Shown piece by piece: positions 52,175 to 61,012 of a stretch of 64,000 bases of DNA. Numbering within the stretch: the stretch's first letter is position 1; every line of letters starts with the position of its first letter. The stretch is from Acidimicrobiales bacterium. GTDB taxonomy: Bacteria > Actinomycetota > Acidimicrobiia > Acidimicrobiales > SHLQ01. Location: assembly GCA_020629635.1 (NCBI GenBank), contig JAHDCX010000016.1, positions 34,154 through 98,153 on the forward strand. Direction: 5' to 3'. The position numbers were made by a program, and so were the translations under genes. Below the pieces are notes generated by a model that saw only the letters and a program-made list of their open reading frames with translations, had not been told where the DNA came from and made no database searches.

Positions 52175-52783
52175 ATGGCTTCTCGATCGATCGGATTCGC
52201 CGTGCTCGTCGCCCTCGTGGCCGTCGGCGCGTGGGCGGTACTCAGCAACGACGACACGTCCGAGACCGTGCAGACCGACGAACCGTCCACGACGACCACC
52301 ACCGAGCCGTTCCCCGAACCCGAGAACCTCGGTCCACGGCTCGATCTCGTCAATCTTGACGGCTGGCTCAACACCGACGCCACGAGCATCGACGACTTCG
52401 ACGGGAAGGTGCTCGTGGTCGAGATGTGGACGTTCGGCTGTAGCAACTGCAAGGCCCGAATTCCCCACAACCAGGATCTCTACGCAGCGCACTCACGAGA
52501 CGACTTCGAGATGATCGGCGTGCACGCGCCGGAGTTCTCCTACGAAGCAGAGATCCCAAACATCGAGGAGGCCGTCGAGCGCCTCGGCGTGACCTGGCCG
52601 GTCGCCATCGACACGGAGAAGACGAACTTCAGAGCGTGGCAGGACGGCGGTCGGCGATTCTGGCCCCGAACCTTCGTGATCGACCAGGACGGCGACGTCC
52701 GCTACGACCACATCGGCGAAGGGCGCTACCAGGAGCTTGCTGACACGGTCGAGTGGCTCATCGAGAATCCGCCGACCACCTGA
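52175..52783 (+). CDS. TlpA/ResA-like membrane-anchored thiol:disulfide oxidoreductase (CSNC)
   Basis: An N-terminal TM anchor is followed by the thioredoxin fold KVLVVEMWTFGCSNCKARIP...GVHAPEFSYE. Confidence 0.8.
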   Translation: MASRSIGFAVLVALVAVGAWAVLSNDDTSETVQTDEPSTTTTTEPFPEPENLGPRLDLVNLDGWLNTDATSIDDFDGKVLVVEMWTFGCSNCKARIPHNQDLYAAHSRDDFEMIGVHAPEFSYEAEIPNIEEAVERLGVTWPVAIDTEKTNFRAWQDGGRRFWPRTFVIDQDGDVRYDHIGEGRYQELADTVEWLIENPPTT

Positions 52784-53379
52784 TGTTCAAGCTCTTCGGC
52801 GAGGGCATCGAGAGTCTTCGCCTCCCGTGCAGCTGGCCGGTGCTGTTGATCGGAACAGGACTCGCACTCCTCGGCCGGCGTCGTCCGGTGGCAACGACGG
52901 TCGCCTTCGTCACGACGGCGGGACTCGTCGCGTTTCTCCGATTCGGAGGCTGGTGGGTCGAGACGCCCCAAGGCGCAACCCAAGTGATCGTCGGCCTCGC
53001 CCTCGGCATGGCCGCGTGGGGAGCCTGGCGCGTCGATCGTCTCGCCGGGGACGTGGCGCTCTCCGCCTTCGTCGGCGCGGTCGCCGTCTCGACCTGGATT
53101 CCGTGCGTCGGGCCTCATCTGGGCGAGCTGCTCAACACCGCCCGGGTTGACCCGTGGAGCCAGCTACCGGGCACCATCGCCTTCATGGTCGGCCTGACCA
53201 TCCCGTTCGCGATCGTCACGGCCCTGGCCGCCACCGCGCCGCCGTCGCTGGTCCCGGCACTGCGGGATCGCCGGGTGGTGGCCGCAGGGATGGTCGTCCT
53301 GGTTCTCGTGAGTGCGACCATGGCCATCACCGTCTTCGACGACCTCTCCTCCGAGCTCGCCCGCCGTTCGACCTTCTGA
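52783..53379 (+). CDS. ccdA: CcdA/DsbD-family thiol-disulfide electron-transfer membrane protein
   Basis: The start overlaps the tlpA-like stop (TGATG). There are 6 TM segments with the two conserved Pro-Cys motifs (LRLPCSWP, TWIPCVGP). Confidence 0.7.
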   Translation: MFKLFGEGIESLRLPCSWPVLLIGTGLALLGRRRPVATTVAFVTTAGLVAFLRFGGWWVETPQGATQVIVGLALGMAAWGAWRVDRLAGDVALSAFVGAVAVSTWIPCVGPHLGELLNTARVDPWSQLPGTIAFMVGLTIPFAIVTALAATAPPSLVPALRDRRVVAAGMVVLVLVSATMAITVFDDLSSELARRSTF

Positions 53380-53456
53380 GCCGTCCCCCGAAATGGACGC
53401 TCTGTGGCTCATGACCCGCGCCATGATGCCGATGGTGAGGGGACCGAGGAGGTGTC

Positions 53457-53975
53457 ATGCGGTTTCTCTCGCCGAAAGTGCCCGCTGGGCGACTCGAATT
53501 CGTGTTTCTTCAGATCGCCTTCGTGGCGGTCCTCTTTGTCAGCTATTCACTCGTGCTGGACCTCAGCCTGCTCATCGACAACGGCGTGACACCACGTCGC
53601 ATCCTCGCATCGGGATTCGGCGACGCCATCGGATCGGGAGAACTCGTCTACGACGAGTGGCAGGTGGCCGGCTTCATGCTGATTGCCTTCGCCGTGCTCG
53701 GGCTCAACGTGATCACCGTGATGCGACGACTGACAGACATCGACAAGAGCTACGCCTGGCTCGTGATCTGGTTCTTGCCGATCTTCGGAACTGGCCTCTT
53801 CCTCTACCTCGCGATGAAGCCGGGGATCGCCCGCATGATGGTCTCGCCGTATGGCAAGAACGCCCTCGACCCCCAGAGTTGGATCAAACCCGGCACGAGC
53901 GGGCCGAAGAGCGGCCTGACCTGGGAGGGACGCGACATCACGCTTCCCGGCGACGACGAGTCCCGCGCCGCCTGA
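53457..53975 (+). CDS. DUF805 family membrane protein
   Basis: The motif VMRRLTDIDKSYAWLVIWFLPIFGTGLFLYL is the DUF805 signature. GAGGAGG precedes the ATG. Confidence 0.7.
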   Translation: MRFLSPKVPAGRLEFVFLQIAFVAVLFVSYSLVLDLSLLIDNGVTPRRILASGFGDAIGSGELVYDEWQVAGFMLIAFAVLGLNVITVMRRLTDIDKSYAWLVIWFLPIFGTGLFLYLAMKPGIARMMVSPYGKNALDPQSWIKPGTSGPKSGLTWEGRDITLPGDDESRAA

Positions 53976-54034
53976 CGCCATTTTCTGCATGACCTGAACG
54001 GTCGGAGCAACCGGAGAACTGGTAGAACGGCCCG

Positions 54035-55711
54035 GTGGACGAGCGGGCGCCATGGACACGACGACGGTTTCTTGGAGCGGGACTCGGTCTCGCGGCTGCG
54101 GCATGCAGCGGAGATGGCGAGTCGGCGGGGTCAGACCCGACGACGACCACCGGCGCACCCGATCCCACCACCACGACGACGACAACCGCCGCCGAGCGGA
54201 CACTCGTTGCGTCTCCCCCGTGGGAGGGTCCGACCCCGTTCGGCCTCGGCGTGGCGTCTGGCGACCCCGACCAGTCCTCCGTGGTGCTGTGGACACGGCT
54301 GATCGTTGACCCGCTCAGCTCGGACCGCATCGAGTTCGGCGAGGTCGACCTCGCCGTGGACGTCGCGCTCGACCCGGCATTCCAGGACCTGCTGTCGTCC
54401 GAGACCATCACCGCACGGGCGGAAGAGGGCCACAGTGTCCACCATCTCGCGTCGGGACTCGCACCCGACACATGGGTCCACTATCGATTCCGGGTCGGAA
54501 CCCACGAGTCACCGGTCGGTCGAGCTCGGACGACGCCCGCGGCCACCGGGACGCCGCTCCGGTTCGGCTTCTCGAGCTGTCAGAACTGGGAGAGCGGCGC
54601 CTACGGCGCGCATCGGCATCTCGCCGAAGCAGACCTGGACCTGATGATCTGGCTCGGCGACTACATCTACGAATACGGGCCCGGCAACCAGGGAGTCGTC
54701 GCCTCCGCCGGCCTTCGCGAGCACAACAGTCCCGAGATCACCGATCTCGAGGCCTATCGGGACCGGTACGCCCTCTATCGAAGCGACCCGCACCTTCAGG
54801 CGAGTCATGCGGCTCGGCCCTGGCTCGTCATCTGGGACGACCACGAGATCGACAACGATCACGCGGGGCGTGTCCCCGAGGACGATCAATCCGAAGCGAC
54901 GTTTCTCGCTCGCCGCCGTGCGGCCCACCAGGCGTGGTGGGAACACATGCCCGTCCGACTCCCCGCGCCGACGGGCGACGTGTTCGAGATCCACCGACGG
55001 ATCGACTGGGCCGATCTCGCATCGATCCACATGCTCGACGGTCGTCAATATCGGGCGGACCAGCCAACCGATGGCGAGCCCGTCGAACTGCCTGGCGTTG
55101 GTGATCTCGGACTGCGGCGACTCGGGCCAACCGCCCTCGACGCGTCGCACTCGATGCTCGGAGCCGAACAGGAAGCGTGGCTGCTCGACGGGGTGACCGC
55201 GAGCTCCGCGACGTGGAACGTGCTCGGCAATCAGGTCTACATGCACGGCCTCGACGCGTTTCCGGGCGACGCTCCCGCAACCAACACCGACACGTGGGAC
55301 GGCTATCACGCCAATCGTGTTCGCCTGCTCGAATCGCTCGTCGCCGCCGACCCGGGCAACCTGATCGTGCTGACCGGGGACTTCCATTCGTCGACCGCTG
55401 CCGACCTGCGCACCGACCCGTTCGACCGGTCGCTGCCCGTCGTCGCCACCGAGTTCATGGCACCGGCCATCAGCTCCCGGTTCCCGGCACAACTCGTCGA
55501 CCTCGCCCCGCTCGTCCTGGGCTTCAATCCGCAGGTCCGTCACTTCGATCCGGCCAACGGGTTCATGACCTGTGTGGTCACGCCCGAGTCGTGGACGACG
55601 ACGCTTCACACCCTCGTCGACGTCACCGATGAGCAGAGCGAGCTGCGAGAGGCGGCCGTGTTCACCGTTGCGGCCGGAACACCCGGGATCGGCACGGTCG
55701 AGGTCCGGTGA
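54035..55711 (+). CDS. phoD: PhoD-family alkaline phosphatase/phosphodiesterase (Tat-exported lipoprotein)
   Basis: The Tat motif TRRRFLGAGLGLAAAACSG is followed by FGLGVASGDPDQSSVVLWTRL, WLGDYIYE and WDDHE. Confidence 0.9.
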   Translation: MDERAPWTRRRFLGAGLGLAAAACSGDGESAGSDPTTTTGAPDPTTTTTTTAAERTLVASPPWEGPTPFGLGVASGDPDQSSVVLWTRLIVDPLSSDRIEFGEVDLAVDVALDPAFQDLLSSETITARAEEGHSVHHLASGLAPDTWVHYRFRVGTHESPVGRARTTPAATGTPLRFGFSSCQNWESGAYGAHRHLAEADLDLMIWLGDYIYEYGPGNQGVVASAGLREHNSPEITDLEAYRDRYALYRSDPHLQASHAARPWLVIWDDHEIDNDHAGRVPEDDQSEATFLARRRAAHQAWWEHMPVRLPAPTGDVFEIHRRIDWADLASIHMLDGRQYRADQPTDGEPVELPGVGDLGLRRLGPTALDASHSMLGAEQEAWLLDGVTASSATWNVLGNQVYMHGLDAFPGDAPATNTDTWDGYHANRVRLLESLVAADPGNLIVLTGDFHSSTAADLRTDPFDRSLPVVATEFMAPAISSRFPAQLVDLAPLVLGFNPQVRHFDPANGFMTCVVTPESWTTTLHTLVDVTDEQSELREAAVFTVAAGTPGIGTVEVR

Positions 55712-55754
55712 GGTGACCTAAAGTCGGGGGCGTTCCGACGATGGGGGGGTCACG

Positions 55755-57008
55755 ATGTTGAACGAAGGGCACCGTCCGCGGGTGCTGTCGATGGTGCTCG
55801 CTGGTGGCGAAGGCAAGCGACTCATGCCGCTCACCGCCCAACGCGCCAAACCCGCCGTGCCCTTCGGAGGCCGCTATCGCCTCATCGACTTCGCGATCTC
55901 GAACCTCGTCAACTCGGGGTACCGCAAGATCGTCGTGCTCACCCAGTACAAGTCGCACAGTCTCGATGTGCACATCTCCCGAACGTGGAAGCTGTCGAGC
56001 GAGCTCGGCAGCTACGTCACGACGGTCCCGGCACAGATGCGGAGAGGACCACAGTGGTTCATGGGGTCGCTCGACGCGATCTACCAGAACTTCAACCTCA
56101 TCGACGACGAACGGCCCGAGCACATCGTCGTCTTCGGCGCCGATCACATCTACCGGATCGATGCCCGCCAGATGCTCGATGCGCATCTGGAAAGCGGTGG
56201 AGGCGCGACCGTTGCCGGCATACGTGTGCCCCGGTCCGAGTCGTCACAGTTCGGGGTGATCACCGTCGGCGCCGACTCGCCTCGAATTCTCGACTTCCAG
56301 GAGAAGCCCGTCGATGCGGTCGGCTTGCCGGACTCCCCCGACGAGGTGCTTGCGTCCATGGGCAACTACATCTTCTCGACCGAACTCCTCATGGACATGG
56401 CCAGCGAGGACGCCGGCAACGAGCAGTCGAAACACGACATCGGTGGCGACCTGATCCCGCGCCTCGTCGAGCGGGGTGACGCAAACGTCTACGACTTCAC
56501 GACCAACGTCGTGCCGGGCGAGACCGACGGCAATCGGCACTACTGGCGAGATGTCGGAACGCTCGACAGCTACTTCGAGGCGAATCTCGACCTGGTGCAG
56601 CCCGAACCGATCTTCGATCTCTACAACCCGCTGTGGCCGATCTTCTCCTACAGCCGGAACCTGCCCCCGGCGAAGTTCGTCGCCGACTGGCGATCCGGCG
56701 ACCCGGGCGTGAAGAACTCGGTCGTGTCCGCAGGGGTGATCGTCTCCGGAGCTCGAGTCAGCAACTCGGTGCTCTCGGTCGGCGCCCACATCCATCACGG
56801 GGCGGACCTGGAGAACGTCGTCATCCTCGACGATGTGGAGGTGGGGCCGAACGCCGTGCTTCGGAACTGTGTGGTCGACAAGAACGTGAAGATCGAGGAT
56901 GGCGCGCAGATCGGTGTCGATCTCGACGCCGACGCGTCGAAGTACACCGTCAGTGCCGGTGGGGTGGTCGTGATTCCGAAGGCGCAGGCGATCGCGCCTC
57001 CAGTCTGA
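55755..57008 (+). CDS. glgC: glucose-1-phosphate adenylyltransferase
   Basis: The N-terminus reads VLSMVLAGGEGKRLMPLTAQRAKPAVPFGGRYRLIDFAISNLVNSG. A C-terminal left-handed beta-helix region follows. Confidence 0.93.
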   Translation: MLNEGHRPRVLSMVLAGGEGKRLMPLTAQRAKPAVPFGGRYRLIDFAISNLVNSGYRKIVVLTQYKSHSLDVHISRTWKLSSELGSYVTTVPAQMRRGPQWFMGSLDAIYQNFNLIDDERPEHIVVFGADHIYRIDARQMLDAHLESGGGATVAGIRVPRSESSQFGVITVGADSPRILDFQEKPVDAVGLPDSPDEVLASMGNYIFSTELLMDMASEDAGNEQSKHDIGGDLIPRLVERGDANVYDFTTNVVPGETDGNRHYWRDVGTLDSYFEANLDLVQPEPIFDLYNPLWPIFSYSRNLPPAKFVADWRSGDPGVKNSVVSAGVIVSGARVSNSVLSVGAHIHHGADLENVVILDDVEVGPNAVLRNCVVDKNVKIEDGAQIGVDLDADASKYTVSAGGVVVIPKAQAIAPPV

Positions 57009-57014
57009 GTCGCG

Positions 57015-57461
57015 TCAGGGCTCGACGATCTCGTCCACCTGGACGATCACGTCGCCGGCGTCGTCTCGGACCACTCTCGAGCGAACGACGGTCGATCCGT
57101 CCGTTACCTCGAGGAGCAGCACGTCGTCGACGACCGTCGCCTCCCCGCTCCATCCCTCGTGAAGGTCTATGGCGACGACGGCCAGCTCCGGGCCGTCCGA
57201 GACAACGTCGACGAACCCAAGGCCCATGACGGCAACCCGATGCTCAACGAGACCGTCGGGCCACGTCGTTGTCGTCGTCGACGACGGCTCGCTCGTGCGT
57301 GCGACAGCCAACACGGTGCTCGTGGTCGAGGCGGTCGCCCCCGCCTGCGGTGTCTCCGAGGCTCCGGGCAACGGACTCGTCGCGACGATGACCGTCGCTG
57401 CGAAGACCGGCACGGCAGCGAGTGCAGCCACTCGATTGCGCCGCAGCCGTCGAACGTCCAT
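57015..57461 (-). CDS. secreted protein of unknown function
   Basis: The signal reads MDVRRLRRNRVAALAAVPVFAATVIVATSP. A Thr/Ser-rich linker and a beta-rich acidic domain follow. The start could also be at 57518. Confidence 0.5.
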   Translation of the reverse strand: MDVRRLRRNRVAALAAVPVFAATVIVATSPLPGASETPQAGATASTTSTVLAVARTSEPSSTTTTTWPDGLVEHRVAVMGLGFVDVVSDGPELAVVAIDLHEGWSGEATVVDDVLLLEVTDGSTVVRSRVVRDDAGDVIVQVDEIVEP

Positions 57462-57585
57462 GAAACCCAGATCGGCGGACGTGTGCACCGTCATGAGCGC
57501 TCGGGACCAACATCCCAACCTGGGTCTCCGGCATCATTGGTGACAGCTCGGGAACCACGACACCCGACGCGTCGTACCAAACTCT

Positions 57586-57876
57586 ATGCACGCCAATGAG
57601 ACCACCGCCCGAAACCACCGCCGACCCAACCGCCGCACACTCGGGGTGCTCGCCGCAACCGCTCTCGCCGCCACGACGGTGGGAGCGATGAGTCTTGCGG
57701 CCGCTTCCGAAGGCGAACCCAAGCCCAACAGCCCGATCGTCGAGGAGTCATCCGAGCGCCCCGTCAACGAGATCGTGCTCGAGGTCGTGGAGCTCGCCGT
57801 CGACGGTGCGCCATTCGACCTACCGATCCTGCACGAAGACATGGGCGAAGACTGCCCGGCGTGCGGCATGGGCTGA
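57586..57876 (+). CDS. candidate RiPP precursor peptide: signal-peptide-bearing 96-aa protein ending CPACGMG
   Basis: The product is MHANETTARNHRRPNRRTLGVLAATALAATTVGAMSLAAAS|EGEPKPNSPIVEESSERPVNEIVLEVVELAVDGAPFDLPILHEDMGEDCPACGMG. Its only two Cys lie in the last 7 residues. The stop is 1 nt before the ATG of the DUF692 gene. Confidence 0.6.
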   Translation: MHANETTARNHRRPNRRTLGVLAATALAATTVGAMSLAAASEGEPKPNSPIVEESSERPVNEIVLEVVELAVDGAPFDLPILHEDMGEDCPACGMG

Positions 57877-57877
57877 C

Positions 57878-58726
57878 ATGGTCCAGTTCGGCGTGTCCGT
57901 CATGCCCGAACCTGCTTTTGCGGCAGCCTCCCTTGCGCTCTTCGAGGAAGGCCTGATCGAGGTGATCGAGTGGAGCTTCGACCTTGGTTGGGGCGCTGCG
58001 GGAGTGCCCACCTTCGTGGACGCATTGCTTGCGGACTACGAATCGACGGGGGATCTCGTTGGTCACGGCGTGTCGTTCTCCGCGCTCAGCGGCGCCTGGA
58101 CCCCACACCACGAATGGTGGCTCGAGCGCCTCCGCCGCGAGGTCGAGGAACGTTCGTATCGCCACATCTCCGAGCACTTCGGGTTCATCGGCGCTGGTCG
58201 GTTCAGCTTCGCCGCACCACTCCCCGTGCCCTTTCACCGCGACGTCGTCGAACTGGGACGAGAGCGACTGGGGCGACTCGCCGAGGCGGCTGGTCGCCCG
58301 ATCGGGCTGGAGAACCTGGCGACGTCGTTCGGCGTCGACGACGGACGCAACCAGGGTGCATTCCTCGAGGCTCTCCTACAGCCAGTGGACGGATTCGTGG
58401 TGCTCGATCTCCACAACCTGTGGTGTCAATCCCTCAATCTCGATCTCGATGCGATGGCGCTCGTCGACTCGTACCCGCTGGATCGGGTCCGGGAGATCCA
58501 CGTGAGCGGTGGGTCCTGGCATCCGGGTGGCCGGCGGCTGCGACGCGACACCCACGACAACCTCGTGCCCGACGAAGTCCTCGAACTCCTCCAAGCGGTG
58601 ATCCGCCGCTGCCCCGACCTCGAGGTCGTGATCCACGAGCGACTCGGGACGAGCTTGAGCGACGTCACGACGCACGACGCCTATCGTGGCGACGTGAGAC
58701 GTGTCGCCGATGTGGTGCAGGGATGA
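57878..58726 (+). CDS. DUF692 / MNIO-family (MbnB-like multinuclear non-heme iron oxidative) enzyme
   Basis: The ordered motifs are HGVSFSALSG, HISEHFGF, IGLENLA, VVLDLHNLWC, VREIHVSGG, RRDTHDNLVPDEV and VVIHERL. These correspond to the DUF692 TIM-barrel metal-ligand pattern. Confidence 0.8.
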   Translation: MVQFGVSVMPEPAFAAASLALFEEGLIEVIEWSFDLGWGAAGVPTFVDALLADYESTGDLVGHGVSFSALSGAWTPHHEWWLERLRREVEERSYRHISEHFGFIGAGRFSFAAPLPVPFHRDVVELGRERLGRLAEAAGRPIGLENLATSFGVDDGRNQGAFLEALLQPVDGFVVLDLHNLWCQSLNLDLDAMALVDSYPLDRVREIHVSGGSWHPGGRRLRRDTHDNLVPDEVLELLQAVIRRCPDLEVVIHERLGTSLSDVTTHDAYRGDVRRVADVVQG

Positions 58727-58911
58727 AGAACGAGTCCCTCGACCGCTATCAATCCACACTGCTCGACATCCTCTACACCACCGCGCAGCCCACAGCCGAG
58801 CAGATCCGTGAGGCTGCCGGGCCCTTCGCGGAGGACCTCGGCGAACTCGACGCCGACCTGCTCGCGGTCGCTGCGGAGCTCACTCGGACCTGGGGGCGTC
58901 TCACCAGTTGA
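58723..58911 (+). CDS. 62-aa acidic helical protein, possible minimal MNIO partner (DUF2063/MbnC-role) protein
   Basis: It is ATGA-coupled to the MNIO gene and TTGA-coupled to the next gene. The product is MKNESLDRYQSTLLDILYTTAQPTAEQIREAAGPFAEDLGELDADLLAVAAELTRTWGRLTS. The partner role is inferred from position only. Confidence 0.45.
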   Translation: MKNESLDRYQSTLLDILYTTAQPTAEQIREAAGPFAEDLGELDADLLAVAAELTRTWGRLTS

Positions 58912-59615
58912 GTGCTTCGCCGATCCTCTTGGTGATGGCGATGCACGCCGAATCCGACCCGATTCGCTCCCGTCTCGACCTGCAGCCAGCCGGTTCGCCC
59001 GAGCTGTGGCCGAGCATCGAGTGGTTCGCCTCTGACGACGAGTCGATCGTGCTCGCCCGCAACGGGCGCGACCCCGGTCACGGCGTCGATGCCATCGGAA
59101 CCGGACCGGCCACGATCACCACGCTTCTCTCGGTCCAACGCTGGCAGCCGCGCTGGATCGTGAGTGCGGGGACGGCAGGTGGCTTCAATGCACGTGGCGG
59201 ACACGTGGGACAAGTCATCGTGGCCGACGGGCCCGTCATCCATCACGATCGGCGCATCCCGCTCCCGGGCTTCGACCAGCTCGCACGCGGCGGACACCCG
59301 TCGGCAGATCTTCGGGACGTCGCGACCCGCCTCGGCTTCGTCAGCGGTCCGTGTTCGACGGGCGACAGCTTGGATGCGCCACCGGCCGACATCGAGGCGA
59401 TGGCCGCCCATGGCACGCTGGCAAAGGACATGGAGGCCGCAGCGGTCGCCGGGGTCGCCGACCGCTTGGGTGTTCGGTTCACCGCGTGCAAGGTCATCAC
59501 CGACATCGTCGACGGCGAGATCGCAACGGCGGAGGAGTTCCGGGCGAACCTGGCGACTGCCTCGGCAGTCCTCGCCGATGCCGTCCCGGCCTTATTGGCC
59601 GACTTACCCGCCTGA
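58908..59615 (+). CDS. MTA/SAH nucleosidase-like protein (PNP_UDP_1 family)
   Basis: Motifs are ILLVMAMHAES, IVSAGTAGGF, STGDSL, KDMEAAAVA and KVITDIV, which parallel E. coli MtnN. The start is TTG. Confidence 0.7.
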   Translation: MSASPILLVMAMHAESDPIRSRLDLQPAGSPELWPSIEWFASDDESIVLARNGRDPGHGVDAIGTGPATITTLLSVQRWQPRWIVSAGTAGGFNARGGHVGQVIVADGPVIHHDRRIPLPGFDQLARGGHPSADLRDVATRLGFVSGPCSTGDSLDAPPADIEAMAAHGTLAKDMEAAAVAGVADRLGVRFTACKVITDIVDGEIATAEEFRANLATASAVLADAVPALLADLPA

Positions 59616-59954
59616 TCGCTCCGGGATCACCCGAACCCCGAACTCGTTGCCATCCGGGTCGATCAATCGAACCAATGGGCCAGCGTCGGTCTCGTCGGGC
59701 CGGATCGCACCGCGGTCGACCAGCCTCGCAACATCGTCGGCGGCGCCGCTGAGCATCAGCTGCAACCGTTGATGCGAGCTGAGGTGGTCGACCATCTCGA
59801 AGATGATGCCTGGACCCGTGGCGATCTTCGGGCAGATCCGGAATTCGGCCGGCCGATCGTCGACCACCGTCCACCCCAGAGCTTCTGCCCACCAGCGTCC
59901 GAGTGCGACAGGATCGACGGCATCGATGACGAGGTCCTCCCACGAGAGGCTCAT
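59604..59954 (-). CDS. VOC/glyoxalase-bleomycin-resistance family protein
   Basis: The pattern is LVIDAVDPVALGRWWAEALGW...LIDPDGNEFGV. Confidence 0.7.
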   Translation of the reverse strand: MSLSWEDLVIDAVDPVALGRWWAEALGWTVVDDRPAEFRICPKIATGPGIIFEMVDHLSSHQRLQLMLSGAADDVARLVDRGAIRPDETDAGPLVRLIDPDGNEFGVRVIPERSGG

Positions 59955-60364
59955 CGGGCGCCAGCCTGGCGAACGGAATGCGCAATGTAGGCCTGCGCCG
60001 CGGCGAGCGGGCCGTACAGCACGACCAAGGCGGCTGCGCCGGTCAGGATCGACAGCACCGCCATTGACGCATCGACCAGCGCGTGGGCAGCGGCGATGAT
60101 CATGAGGCGGTCGAGCCGCTCCTGCATCGCCCAGATCACCTGACCCGCGATCAGCAGGAGTCCGGCGACGAAGACGACCGCCAGGAGGGCCAAACCGACG
60201 CCTCCCCGATCACCACCCGCGCCTGCGTCGCCGTCGACGAAGAGCGAACCGAGGGTCACCGTCGCGACGCCGACCAGCCAGCCAAAGGCCTTCAGCCCCG
60301 AGACCATCCAGATGAGCGTCGCGGTCTTCGGCGGTATGTCCGACGACGCGACGGGCGATCCCAT
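59951..60364 (-). CDS. integral membrane protein, unknown function
   Basis: There are four hydrophobic segments. Its stop overlaps the start of the downstream (minus-strand) VOC gene by 4 nt. Confidence 0.5.
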   Translation of the reverse strand: MGSPVASSDIPPKTATLIWMVSGLKAFGWLVGVATVTLGSLFVDGDAGAGGDRGGVGLALLAVVFVAGLLLIAGQVIWAMQERLDRLMIIAAAHALVDASMAVLSILTGAAALVVLYGPLAAAQAYIAHSVRQAGAR

Positions 60365-60439
60365 GACCGGTCGAGGCTACTATCGGGCCTCCACGGCGGG
60401 TCGAACGTGACACGTTCGACGAGTCCCAAGGGAGCGCAC

Positions 60440-61012
60440 ATGGGTGCAGGACGAATGATCGGTTCGATGGTCGGGGCCTTCGGAGGTCGGGCCATCGGCG
60501 GAATGCTCGGAGGGTCGACCGGCCGAATGGTGGGCAGCCTTTTGGGCTCGATGCTCGGGGGCCGCGGGATGGGCGGCGGCCTGGGTTCGATGGGCGGTGG
60601 CCTCGGTGGCTTGCTCGGCGGACTCGGTGGCGGCGGCGATGCCGAGCCGGCCGCTCCGCAAATGGACGACGCCGAAGCCATGATCCTCCTCCAAGCGATG
60701 ACGAACGCCGCGAAGGCCGACGGCGAAGTCGATCAGGCCGAAGTCGACGCCATCATCGAACGCGCCGGTGACCTCGACGAGGACGAGAAGGCGCTGCTCC
60801 GCCACGAACTTGCCTCGCCGCTCGATCTCGATGCATTCATCGACTCCGTTCCGTCCGGCATGGAGGCCGACGTGTACACGGCGTCCCTCCTGCCGATCGA
60901 GGTCGACACCGCCGCCGAGATGCAATACCTGCAAGACCTCGCGGATGGCCTCGGCATGCGAAGCGACGATGTCGACAAGATCCACGAAGCGCTGGGAGTC
61001 CCTCGCTCATGA
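60440..61012 (+). CDS. TerB-like / DUF533 family protein with Gly/Met-rich N-terminus
   Basis: The Gly-rich N-terminus reads GGMLGGSTGRMVGSLLGSMLGGRGMGGGLG. The TerB-like region reads ILLQAMTNAAKADGEVDQAEVDAIIE...EMQYLQDLADGLGM. Confidence 0.65.
   Translation: MGAGRMIGSMVGAFGGRAIGGMLGGSTGRMVGSLLGSMLGGRGMGGGLGSMGGGLGGLLGGLGGGGDAEPAAPQMDDAEAMILLQAMTNAAKADGEVDQAEVDAIIERAGDLDEDEKALLRHELASPLDLDAFIDSVPSGMEADVYTASLLPIEVDTAAEMQYLQDLADGLGMRSDDVDKIHEALGVPRS

Noticed and set aside
60470-60640. Gly-codon-rich repetitive DNA upstream of the TerB-like domain
   Set aside because: It is in frame with, and part of, the 60440-61012 CDS (GGMLGG...GGLGG N-terminus). It is not a separate repeat feature.
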